From: Thermoplasmatota archaeon
GTDB lineage: Archaea > Thermoplasmatota > E2 > JACPAO01 > JAHFTW01
DNA length: 64,000 nt
NCBI GenBank assembly: GCA_038046785.1
Contig: JBBSVM010000003.1
Location: 211,228-275,227 of the forward strand
Direction: 5' to 3'
This document shows positions 46,106-54,624 of this stretch, in pieces. Position 1 is the first letter of the stretch; each line of letters starts with the position of its first letter. The notes below the pieces were generated by a model. It saw only the letters and a list, made by a program, of their open reading frames with translations. It did not search any database and was not told the DNA's origin. Made by a program: the position numbers and the translations under genes.

Positions 46106-47533
46106 TTAGTAGGAGTCGCGGCTGAAGCCGTGGCTGCCTTTCGAACTGCGGCCACCGCTGCTCCGTCCGCCGCTGCTGGCGCGTCCGCGGTTGAAGCTCG
46201 CCTTGGCGCGCGGGCCGCGACCGCCTTGCCGGCCGAAGCCGCCCTGCGGTCCGGCGCTCGGAGCTTTGCGTGCGTGGTGGCCGCCCTCGTGGGGCTGGCG
46301 GGTGGGCTGGGCGTGGCCTTGCGTTCCCTTGTAGTTCACGGCCGCTTTGCCCAAATCGGGACCAACGGGGCCTTCGGTGGGCAGCGGGCCGATGTCGTGG
46401 CGGGGAATCTGCAGGCCGGCGATGCGTTCGATGGTGCGCCAGTCGTGCGCCTCGTCGGACTGGACAAACGTGAACGCCTTCCCGGTGCGGCCCATGCGGC
46501 CGGTGCGGCCGATGCGGTGGACGTACGCCTCGGGCTCGTCGGGCAGGTCGAAGTTGATGACGTGTGTCAGCTCGGGGACGTCGATGCCGCGCGCCGCGAC
46601 GTCGGTGGCGACGAGCAGGCGGGCGTCGCCCTTGCGGAAGGCGTCCATGGCGCGCTCGCGTTGGCCTTGGCTCATGTTGCCCTGCAGCGGCACCGAGGTC
46701 CAACCCTTCGTCTGGAGCTGTTCGGCAAGCCGCTTGGTGAGGTGCTTGGTGCGGCAGAAGACGATGCCGCGCTCCGGCTGCTCCTGGTGCAAGAGAACGA
46801 GGAGGGCGCGGTTCTTGTCCACCTTTTCGACCTTGAGCATGCGCTGCTCGGTGAGCGTCGTGGTCTGCGGGCCGGACTCGACCTTGACCTTGACGGGATT
46901 CTGCAGCATCTTGTCGGCAAGCTTCTGGATGGGCTGCGGAACCGTTGCGGAGTAGAAGCCGGTCTGGCGTTTGGCCGGGAGGTGGCGCAGGATGCGTTCG
47001 ACGTCGTGCACGAAGCCCATGTCGAGCATGCGGTCCGCCTCGTCGAGGACGAGGATTTGCACCTGGTCGAGCTTGAACATGCCTTGGCCGAGGTAGTCGA
47101 TGAGGCGGCCGGGGGTGGCGACGAGGAGGACGGTGCCGCCGGCGCGCAGGTCGTGCGTCTGCTTGCCGTAGCCAACGCCGCCGTAGATTTCGACGACGCG
47201 GAGGCGGCTTGCCTTGGCAATCTCGCGGCACTCCTCAGCGACCTGAATGGCCAACTCGCGCGTGGGCACGAGGACGAGGCCGACGATGCCTGGGAGGGAG
47301 CCGCTGCGCAGGCGGTCCACGATGGGGATGCCGAAGCTGGCGGTCTTGCCGGTGCCGGTGCGCGCCTGCGCGAGAACGTCGCGGCCGGCGAGGAAGGGGC
47401 CGATGGCGGCCGCTTGGATGGGGGTCGGAGTCTCGTAGCCCATCGCAACGATGGCGTCGAGAGTTCCAGCCTGGAGAGGCATCTGGTTGAACGTGGCGAA
47501 GGTCGCGGTGGCGACGGAGGGGGTGGTGGACAT
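46106..47533 (-). CDS. DEAD-box ATP-dependent RNA helicase with Gly/Arg-rich C-terminal tail
   Basis: Q-motif, AQARTGTGKT, PTRELA, DEAD, SAT and HRIGRTGR motifs. Tail GGFGRQGGRGPR...SGGRSSGGRSS. Confidence 0.85.
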   Translation of the reverse strand: MSTTPSVATATFATFNQMPLQAGTLDAIVAMGYETPTPIQAAAIGPFLAGRDVLAQARTGTGKTASFGIPIVDRLRSGSLPGIVGLVLVPTRELAIQVAEECREIAKASRLRVVEIYGGVGYGKQTHDLRAGGTVLLVATPGRLIDYLGQGMFKLDQVQILVLDEADRMLDMGFVHDVERILRHLPAKRQTGFYSATVPQPIQKLADKMLQNPVKVKVESGPQTTTLTEQRMLKVEKVDKNRALLVLLHQEQPERGIVFCRTKHLTKRLAEQLQTKGWTSVPLQGNMSQGQRERAMDAFRKGDARLLVATDVAARGIDVPELTHVINFDLPDEPEAYVHRIGRTGRMGRTGKAFTFVQSDEAHDWRTIERIAGLQIPRHDIGPLPTEGPVGPDLGKAAVNYKGTQGHAQPTRQPHEGGHHARKAPSAGPQGGFGRQGGRGPRAKASFNRGRASSGGRSSGGRSSKGSHGFSRDSY

Positions 47534-47682
47534 GGGATTCCGGGTCGGCGAAGGGCGCCGCCCTGGCCCGGGAATCTCCCGTGTTGCAGACGTGCCTTCT
47601 GTCCCACCGAAGTGGAAAGCGAAGGGGCGGCGCCGTCTGCGGCCAACCTACTGACTTGGGCTCCGCCGCAGCGGGCGGCCCG

Positions 47683-48279
47683 TTAAGCCTGCCGGTCGGC
47701 CAAAGCGAGCACGCGCTCCACTTCAGGCCGGATGCGCGCTTCGAGAATGCGGTAGCCCGCCGCGTTGGGGTGGTAGCCGTCGCGCGTCGTGGCGGCATCG
47801 TCCAGGAGCCCAGCGATGGCGTCGAGGACGAGGCCGGTGCCGTGCCGCGCGGAGAGATCGCGAAGCGCCGCGTCGAAGTTCTCCTGGAACGCGGCGTAGT
47901 GGACGCCTACGAGGACGACCGGGATGCCTGCGAGCCGCGTCAGGATGGCGTCCAGCCCCGCCGCCGCCTCGGCAACGGTGTCACCGCGAAACGCCTCGTT
48001 CACGCCGAACTCGACGATGACGAGGCGGGGATTGTGGCGCAGAACATCGCGCTCCAAGCGGGGAAGTGCTTCGTGCGCGGTCTCGCCGAGCCGACCGGCG
48101 TTGACGACCGGAATACCCAGGCTCGCTTCCATCAAGGCGGGGAATGCCTCGCTGCGGCGCGCCGTGGTGCCCTCCGTGTAGGAGTCGCCGAACGCGACGA
48201 TGGGCCGATCGCTGCGCGAAGCGGCCAGCCCACTCGTGAACCAGCCCGAAACGAAGAGCAGGGCGAGGAGGACGCGCAT
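47683..48279 (-). CDS. Secreted SGNH/GDSL hydrolase (esterase)
   Basis: Signal peptide, then FGDSYTEG (catalytic Ser block I) and DGYHPN (block V). The start at 48279 is 4 nt after the upstream stop. Confidence 0.7.
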   Translation of the reverse strand: MRVLLALLFVSGWFTSGLAASRSDRPIVAFGDSYTEGTTARRSEAFPALMEASLGIPVVNAGRLGETAHEALPRLERDVLRHNPRLVIVEFGVNEAFRGDTVAEAAAGLDAILTRLAGIPVVLVGVHYAAFQENFDAALRDLSARHGTGLVLDAIAGLLDDAATTRDGYHPNAAGYRILEARIRPEVERVLALADRQA

Positions 48280-48283
48280 GCCC

Positions 48284-49033
48284 TCACGGTGCCAGAAGGC
48301 CGAGGCGGCGCAGGTCGCGCAGGCTGGTGCGGACTGCCTTGGCACCAAAGCGGGGGGCGAGGGCCGCGACGACCTGATCGGGGGTGCGTTTCCCGGTAGC
48401 TGCGTTGAGCAGACTTTCGGCGACCGGTTCCAGCTTGTACACCTCGACGTCGTCCGGTTCGCGGACCAAAGCAGTGGGGTAGCGGCCCTCCGGCGCTTCA
48501 AGGGTCACGCCGTGCAGAAGCTCATTGGGGTCGTGGCGCAATCGAAGCAGCACGATGCCCGGCGCTTTGGCAAGCTGCTGCGAGCGCTTCGGCTTGACGT
48601 AGGCGCGGTCCATCAACATCATGCCGCCTGCTTCGATGGCGGCAAGGTCGGCAAGCGGACGCGGGATTTTCCCCGAACGGGCCGCCTGCTGCGCCCAGAC
48701 CTTGAACTGCCGCACCTCGGCGCGCGGGTCCTCCTTGGCGTACGGTCGTTCGGTGAAGTAGGTGGCTTCGAGGCCGACGGCCGTGTCCACGGCGGCCACA
48801 CTCTTGGGCAGGTCGCCGCTCAGGTAGCTGAAGCGGTCGATGACGCGCCGGCTTGCGAAGTAGGCGGCGCCTTCCGAGGGCATCTCCGCCAGCAGTTTGG
48901 CGGTGGCTCCGGTGAGGCCGCGCCGCTTCGCGTAGGCGGCGGGTTTGGCCTGGAAGGCGGCGAGCTGGGCTGGCTCCATGAGGAGGGCAGCGAGGGCGGA
49001 CTGCAGCTTCGCAAGTTGCGCGTCTGGGGTCAT
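48284..49033 (-). CDS. DUF2063-family protein (partner of DUF692 MNIO enzymes; MbnC/TglI/BufC-like)
   Basis: 249 aa with N-terminus MTPDAQLAKLQSALAALLMEPAQ. Its start overlaps the DUF692 stop (ATGA). Assignment rests mainly on the near-universal DUF692-DUF2063 gene pairing plus N-terminal similarity. Confidence 0.55.
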   Translation of the reverse strand: MTPDAQLAKLQSALAALLMEPAQLAAFQAKPAAYAKRRGLTGATAKLLAEMPSEGAAYFASRRVIDRFSYLSGDLPKSVAAVDTAVGLEATYFTERPYAKEDPRAEVRQFKVWAQQAARSGKIPRPLADLAAIEAGGMMLMDRAYVKPKRSQQLAKAPGIVLLRLRHDPNELLHGVTLEAPEGRYPTALVREPDDVEVYKLEPVAESLLNAATGKRTPDQVVAALAPRFGAKAVRTSLRDLRRLGLLAP

Positions 49034-49872
49034 GCGCCAGCGGCTCCCTGCATGAGTTTGTCCGCTTTGCGCAGCTCGCCTTCGAGCCGTTTCAAGCTGC
49101 CGAACGTCTGGTCGCGCTCGATGAGGAGCGCGCGGACGTGGCTGGTGTCGATGACCTGCTTGGTGAGTTTCCACACCTCGGGGTGGACAGCAGCGCCGTG
49201 CGTGTCGAGGAGCTTGCCCGCGACCCACTCCGAACCGGCGAGGTGGAACTGCACGAGCCGCTCGAGCGGGAACTGGTCGAGGTAGCGCTGCGGGTCCCAG
49301 CCAAGATTGGCCGCGTTGTTGCGCAGGTTCGTGACGTCGAGCAGGACACCGCAGCCGGTTTTTGCCGCCACCTCGGCCATGAACTCCGGTTCGGTGAAGT
49401 CGTTGCCGGGGAACTGGAAATACTGGCTGATGTTCTCGATGAGGAAAGGGATGCCGACCGCATTCTGCACGGTCTTGACGTTGGCGACCACGGCGGCGAG
49501 ACTCGCCTCCGTGTAGGGGATGGGTGTGAGCTGGCCGATGGTCTGCTTGCCGATCTTGGTGAAGCAGAGGTGGTCGCTGCACCACGGCACCTTGAACTGC
49601 CGGTTGATGGGGACCATTTTGCGCAAGAAGCCGCGGTCGGGGCCGGTGGCGGTGCCAACACTCAGGGTGACACTGTGCGTCACGACCGGTCGGTCGCGGG
49701 TGTCCTCGAGAAGGTCCGCCTTGCCCGCCTCCGAGGTGTCGAGGATGTGTTCCGGCATCACCTCGAGGAAACCGAGTGGAATCCCGGGGAGGCGATAGAA
49801 ATCGCGAATGGCGCGCCGGTAACCAAGACCTGCACCAAGAAAAGGAAGGGAAGAGGGAGAAAGGGAGGGCAT
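49030..49872 (-). CDS. DUF692 / UPF0276 family multinuclear non-heme iron oxidase (MNIO; MbnB/TglH/BufB-like)
   Basis: 280 aa with family-typical motifs: PWCSDHLCF, TGCGVLLDVTNLRNN, HLAG, LLDTHG, ALLIERD, in TIM-barrel order. Confidence 0.85.
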   Translation of the reverse strand: MPSLSPSSLPFLGAGLGYRRAIRDFYRLPGIPLGFLEVMPEHILDTSEAGKADLLEDTRDRPVVTHSVTLSVGTATGPDRGFLRKMVPINRQFKVPWCSDHLCFTKIGKQTIGQLTPIPYTEASLAAVVANVKTVQNAVGIPFLIENISQYFQFPGNDFTEPEFMAEVAAKTGCGVLLDVTNLRNNAANLGWDPQRYLDQFPLERLVQFHLAGSEWVAGKLLDTHGAAVHPEVWKLTKQVIDTSHVRALLIERDQTFGSLKRLEGELRKADKLMQGAAGA

Positions 49873-49879
49873 GACAGCC

Positions 49880-50182
49880 TTACTTGGCCTTCTTGGCGGG
49901 GGCCTTGGCCGAGCCGCACGACTTGGCGCTGCCGCAGCTCTTCGCAGAGCCGCAGGACTTCGCCGAACCGCACGACTTCTCGGGGGCCTTGGCCGAGCCG
50001 CAGGACTTCGCCGAGCCGCAGCTCTTGGCGTCGCCCTTGGCGGAACCGCAGCTCTTGGCGGAGCCACAGGACTTCGCCGAGCCGCAGCTCTTGGCGTCGC
50101 CCTTCGCGCTACCGCAGCTCTTCGCAGAGCCGCAGGACTTGGCCTTGTCATCCTTCTTTTTGCCGATACCAAAGAGTCCCAT
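49880..50182 (-). CDS. Repetitive Cys-containing peptide (putative MNIO/RiPP precursor): MGLFGIGKKKDDKAK-(SCGSAK)11 with GDAK/APEK spacers
   Basis: 100-aa ORF whose stop lies 7 nt before the DUF692 start. 11 near-identical 18-nt repeats. GC3-rich codons on the minus strand. Start context shared with the DUF1059 gene. Confidence 0.6.
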   Translation of the reverse strand: MGLFGIGKKKDDKAKSCGSAKSCGSAKGDAKSCGSAKSCGSAKSCGSAKGDAKSCGSAKSCGSAKAPEKSCGSAKSCGSAKSCGSAKSCGSAKAPAKKAK

Positions 50183-50448
50183 AGTGGTCACATCCGTGTT
50201 GGCGACCCCATCCCGAAGGAGTGGGCCGGCAGAACGTTTGTCTGCAACCGAACGAAGTTGGGGTGGGTATGAAAGGCTTGAGGCGTGGGTACGGATTCCA
50301 CAGCGTTGTTTCCTCCTGGAAAACACTCCTTTCGTTGCGCGAAAAGAGCCATCGGGCTACGAAGTTCGTTTCGCTGGTTGCCGAGGGGAGCCGCTGGGCG
50401 TTTCCATCGTCCCCAAACCCTTCATCCCAACCTCGCCTCGGCCGCTTG

Positions 50449-51633
50449 ATGTGGGGCACCCCCGGCACGGCGAGCGCGCGCAGACTCCTGCTTCTTGGCT
50501 CGGGCGAACTGGGGAAAGAGGTCGCCATTGAGGCGCAAAGGTTGGGTCTTGAGGTCATCGCCTGTGACCGCTACGCCAACGCTCCCGCCATGCAGGTCGC
50601 GCACCGCAGCCACGTCCTCGACATGACCGACCCCGCAGCGCTGCGCCGCGTCATCGAAGCCGAAGACCCCGACTGGGTGGTGCCCGAGATTGAGGCCATC
50701 GCGACGGCCGAACTGGAACGGCTCGAGGGCGAAGGCTTCACCATCATCCCGACCGCGAAGGCGGCACGGCTCACCATGGACCGCGAAGGCATTCGGCGCC
50801 TGGCGGCTGAGACGCTCAAGCTGCCGACGAGCCACTACCGTTTCGCCTCGTCGCTTGCTGACGTTCAGGCCGCGGTGAAGGCGCTCGGCCTGCCCTGCGT
50901 CATCAAACCCACCATGAGCAGCAGCGGCAAGGGCCAGAGCGTCATCAAGACGGAAGCCGACGTCGCCAAGGCGTGGGAGTACGCCATGAAAGGCCGTGTC
51001 AACACGGGGCGCGTCATCGTCGAGTCGTTCATCCGCTTCGAATACGAGATCACGCTGCTCACCATCCGCCACCTCGACGCCGCAGGCAAACCGGCGACGA
51101 CGTTCTGTCCTCCCATCGGCCATGTCCAGATCGATGGCGACTACCGTGAATCGTGGCAACCCATGGCGATGAGCCCAAAGGCCATCGCGGCGAGCCAGGA
51201 CATCGCGCACAAGGTCACCGAAGCGCTTGGCGGCCGCGGCCTGTTCGGCGTCGAGCTGTTCGTCGCCGGCGACCAGGTCTGGTTCAGCGAGGTGAGCCCG
51301 CGACCGCACGACACCGGCCTCGTCACGCTTGGCAGCCAAGAGCTCAGCGAGTTCGCGCTCCACGTCCGCGCCATCACCGGCCTGCCCATCCCCGACGTCG
51401 GCGCGAAGGGGCCCTGGGCGAGCGCCGTCCTCCTGGCCACGGCGGAGTCGGCAGCGCCCACATTCTCGGGTGTCGAGGCGGCGCTCGCCGAACCGGGAAC
51501 CTTCCTGCGGCTCTTCGGCAAGCCCGCCGCGCACAAGAATCGCCGCATGGGCGTCGTGGTCGCTTCGGGCCGAACGACGGATGAAGCGCGTGACAAGGCC
51601 AAACGGGCAGCCGCGCGGCTCTCTGTCTCCTGA
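50449..51633 (+). CDS. purT: Formate-dependent phosphoribosylglycinamide formyltransferase
   Basis: ATP-grasp protein with [21 protein letters not shown] and strong PurT-like sequence throughout. Internal ATG at 50449. Confidence 0.85.
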   Translation: MWGTPGTASARRLLLLGSGELGKEVAIEAQRLGLEVIACDRYANAPAMQVAHRSHVLDMTDPAALRRVIEAEDPDWVVPEIEAIATAELERLEGEGFTIIPTAKAARLTMDREGIRRLAAETLKLPTSHYRFASSLADVQAAVKALGLPCVIKPTMSSSGKGQSVIKTEADVAKAWEYAMKGRVNTGRVIVESFIRFEYEITLLTIRHLDAAGKPATTFCPPIGHVQIDGDYRESWQPMAMSPKAIAASQDIAHKVTEALGGRGLFGVELFVAGDQVWFSEVSPRPHDTGLVTLGSQELSEFALHVRAITGLPIPDVGAKGPWASAVLLATAESAAPTFSGVEAALAEPGTFLRLFGKPAAHKNRRMGVVVASGRTTDEARDKAKRAAARLSVS

Positions 51634-51671
51634 CCGACGCAACGTTCAAGAAGTGAGGAAGGAAGCCCTTC

Positions 51672-52625
51672 TTGATGCGCTCGATTGCCGTCGCCCTCCT
51701 GCTGTTGCTGGCCTTGCTTGCCGGCTGTGCCACGAAAGCTCCCGCCGACCCGACCGCGGCGGCAGAACCCGCCGCAGCGGAACCGGTCACCGAGGAGCAG
51801 GCGTTCGCTGCGCAGGAGCCCGCCGCGCAGGAAGCCGCCAACAACGGCACGCTTGAGGGCGCGCGTGAGTTCTGCGAGAGCGCCGACGACTGCACCTACT
51901 GGGACAACCTGTACCACCAGTACGTCGTGTACGACCTTGACACCACCACGATTGATGTCGTGCTGGTTCCCCCCGTGGGCGCCCCCGACCAGATTGCCGC
52001 CCAGCGCCTCGCGGTGCAGCAGTGGGCCGACGGCATCGAAGCGCTCGCCGCCCCCTGGTTCCGCGACGCCTTCCAGGTCAACGTCTACGCTGTCGGCGTC
52101 GACATCCCCTCCATTGATGCGGTGTCGGACCCTGAAGTGGTCGTCATCTCCACCTCCGCCGTCGGCCTCGTCGGCATCGGCCTCGAGCCCAAGCAGCTCG
52201 CCTGCCAGATCATCGAAGGCGGCGCGATGCGCGCCGACTACGGCGGCCACAGCCACGACGGCAACGAAGTGTTCGCGGTGGACTGCACCGGAACCGGCTT
52301 CGTCTGTTTCGCCCTCAACGTCGGCGGCGCCGACGCGTTCGCCCTTTACGACCTGGTCGCCCACGAAGTTGGCCACTGCCTCGGCGCCGGCCACGTCGGC
52401 GACGCGCTCGACTTCCGCGCGCGCTACGCCCCGGTCGAGGACATCATGAGCTACCAGAACAACGCGACGAAGGTGCACTGCGTCAGCAACATGAACGTCC
52501 GCGTCCTCGAAGGCGTGTACGGCCACCTGCTCGGCCGCCACCCGGACGACCTCCTGCCGCGCGGCTCCTACTTCCCCTTCCCGCCCGCCCTCTACAAGCA
52601 GGCGGAGTGCGCCAACCCGGCGTAA
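51672..52625 (+). CDS. Metzincin-like zinc metalloprotease lipoprotein
   Basis: LLAGC lipobox and HEVGHCLGAGH (HExxHxxGxxH). Confidence 0.6.
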   Translation: MMRSIAVALLLLLALLAGCATKAPADPTAAAEPAAAEPVTEEQAFAAQEPAAQEAANNGTLEGAREFCESADDCTYWDNLYHQYVVYDLDTTTIDVVLVPPVGAPDQIAAQRLAVQQWADGIEALAAPWFRDAFQVNVYAVGVDIPSIDAVSDPEVVVISTSAVGLVGIGLEPKQLACQIIEGGAMRADYGGHSHDGNEVFAVDCTGTGFVCFALNVGGADAFALYDLVAHEVGHCLGAGHVGDALDFRARYAPVEDIMSYQNNATKVHCVSNMNVRVLEGVYGHLLGRHPDDLLPRGSYFPFPPALYKQAECANPA

Positions 52626-52664
52626 GGTCGGCAACTTCATACCGCATTCGGCGGCTGGCGCCGC

Positions 52665-53453
52665 ATGCCTCAAAGTGGGCACGACCCCGAGTGGCCGGAC
52701 AAGGCGATGTTCGCAGCGCTGCTGCTCATCGTGGGGGGCGCCATCGGCCTCCTCGTCGAGATCCTCCGCCTCGTCGCCACGGTGAATGAGCCGGTGGTCC
52801 CCGGCATCCTGGAGGATTACCCCACCTTCCTCTCCGCGCTCTTTGCTGGCCTCACCCTCCTCTTCGGCATCCTCGCCCTGCGCACCCACGCCATGCTGTG
52901 GGGCCTCCTCGGCGTCGCCACCGCGTTCGCCAGCCTCGCCTACTTCGGCTTCGTCCCGTTCCTCGGCCTGGTGGCGCTCGCCATGCTCATCAAGAGCAAA
53001 CTGGAGGGCGAGGAGACCCGCAACGACGGCATCACGCTGCACGCCTCGCAGTGGCCGGACAAGGCGATGGCGGCGAGCCTGTTCCTCTTCGTGGGCGGCG
53101 CCGTCATCCTGGTGCAAGCCATCCTCATCCTTCTCGACAACTTCCAGCCGGTCATCCTCAAAGGGATGGAGGCGTTCGTGGTCCCTCTCGACCTCGCCGC
53201 AGCGCTCTTCTGCTTTGGCGCCGCCCGCGAAGTGTACAAGCTGCGCCGCTCCTGGCTTGGCACCGTTGGCGCCATCGCTTGCATTGCGACCCTCGGCCTC
53301 TACGCGCTCGGACCCGCCTTGGGCGTGTTGGCCATCGTCCTGCTCCGCTTGGCCGACAAGGAAGGGGAGTTTGACCCGGAGCCCGTCGTGCGCGGGGAAC
53401 GGCAGCAAGAACGGCTCGCCAAGAAGGCGGCCCGCAAGGGCGCGCGCACCTGA
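52665..53453 (+). CDS. Membrane protein with internal tandem duplication (hypothetical)
   Basis: Two homologous halves, each starting WPDKAM-A-L-L-VGGA and followed by 3-4 TM helices. Confidence 0.5.
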   Translation: MPQSGHDPEWPDKAMFAALLLIVGGAIGLLVEILRLVATVNEPVVPGILEDYPTFLSALFAGLTLLFGILALRTHAMLWGLLGVATAFASLAYFGFVPFLGLVALAMLIKSKLEGEETRNDGITLHASQWPDKAMAASLFLFVGGAVILVQAILILLDNFQPVILKGMEAFVVPLDLAAALFCFGAAREVYKLRRSWLGTVGAIACIATLGLYALGPALGVLAIVLLRLADKEGEFDPEPVVRGERQQERLAKKAARKGART

Positions 53454-53504
53454 CGCACGCTCCTTCCCTCGGACCGGTCGGACTCCGATCCGCCCTCGAC
53501 AAGG

Positions 53505-54620
53505 CTACGCTGCGACCTCGAGTTCGCGCCGCCGTTTGGCCGGCAGCTGTAGCCGTTGCGCAAGCCGGTCCAGCATGGCCTGCTCACCAACACCGATGTT
53601 GCCATCCTGGCGCGCCGAATCGAGGGCCATGCGGTAGATGTCCTCCGCGCGGCGGTCGCGGTACGCCGCGTTGTCCTGCACGTTGGGCATGAGGCGGTCC
53701 ATGACCCGACGCGCTGCGCGCTGCAGCGGAACGATCGCGAGCGTCACCAACGCAGCGCCCACCAGGCCGGGGAGAAGGCCGTCGATGGGCAGCAGCGCCT
53801 CGACGGTTTCGCTCACGAGGAAGAACGCCACCGCGATGACGCCGACGACGATGGTGCGGCCGAGGCCGAGCTTCAGTCGCAAGTCCAGGCCGAGGACCTG
53901 GTGGCGCAGCATGCCGTAGGAGAGCACCAGGACCCACAGGATGAGGGAAATGGGTCGACCGTACAGGATGGTGGGCGTGACCCAACCGGCCCCGATGGCG
54001 GAACCGCCCTGGTAGACGATGGCGAGGATGGCGACGCGGTAGACGAAGTACAGGTCATGCAGGCCGAAGGCGAGCATGAACCAGAACGCCTGGTCGCGCT
54101 TCGGCGTCCCCTTCGGCGCCGAGACGAAGGCTTGGACCGCGACGGCGAACGCGACCAGGTAGAGCACCACGCTCAATTCGAACAGCACCAGCATCGGGAC
54201 GGTCAAGGCGTGCGAGACGCCCCCGAACACCCAGGGCTCCTGCGGGCCCAGGAAGACGTCGTGCGCCAGGAAGTACGGGGCGGCGATGGCGAGCGTGCCC
54301 GCGGCGAGCAGGACCTTGCCCACCGGCTGGCGCAACGGGCGCGACCAGGCGGCATCCAACGTGGCGAGGAACCAGATGGATGCGAACGGCAAGCTGAGCA
54401 GCGACAACAGATTGAGGGCGCTGATGCCTGCGGCGAAGCGCGCGGTCGGCATCAACGGAGTGAGCACCCAAACCGAGATGGCCACGCCGTGCAGGAAGAA
54501 GACGAGGGCGAGGCGGCGGTTGGCCCGCTTGGTGGGCCCTACGACGAGGACGAAGGCCGCCATGCCCCAGACGATGACCCAGGCGGCCCACGCCAGCCCA
54601 TAGACGACGGGGTACTCCAC
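53505..54620 (-). CDS. Polytopic membrane protein (about 7 TM) with cytoplasmic C-terminal domain (hypothetical)
   Basis: Hydrophobicity pattern. The start is 4 nt downstream of the preceding gene's stop (operon). Confidence 0.5.
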   Translation of the reverse strand: MEYPVVYGLAWAAWVIVWGMAAFVLVVGPTKRANRRLALVFFLHGVAISVWVLTPLMPTARFAAGISALNLLSLLSLPFASIWFLATLDAAWSRPLRQPVGKVLLAAGTLAIAAPYFLAHDVFLGPQEPWVFGGVSHALTVPMLVLFELSVVLYLVAFAVAVQAFVSAPKGTPKRDQAFWFMLAFGLHDLYFVYRVAILAIVYQGGSAIGAGWVTPTILYGRPISLILWVLVLSYGMLRHQVLGLDLRLKLGLGRTIVVGVIAVAFFLVSETVEALLPIDGLLPGLVGAALVTLAIVPLQRAARRVMDRLMPNVQDNAAYRDRRAEDIYRMALDSARQDGNIGVGEQAMLDRLAQRLQLPAKRRRELEVAA

Positions 54621-54624
54621 GCCC

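Noticed and set aside
46076-47686. 536-aa plus-strand ORF, plus alternative minus frames 45822-47231 and 46672-47646
   Set aside because: Overlap the DEAD-box helicase, whose motifs are unambiguous. Only the last 68 codons of 45822-47231 (the DUF1059 gene) are kept.
49871-50531. Plus-strand ORFs across the 18-bp repeat array
   Set aside because: Repeat DNA gives open frames in all phases. The minus strand is preferred because of GC3 codon bias, operon coupling to DUF692, and the shared start context.
51141-53408. 755-aa minus-strand ORF
   Set aside because: Antisense to the metzincin lipoprotein and the duplicated membrane protein, which have a signal/lipobox and TM structure. Low-complexity composition.
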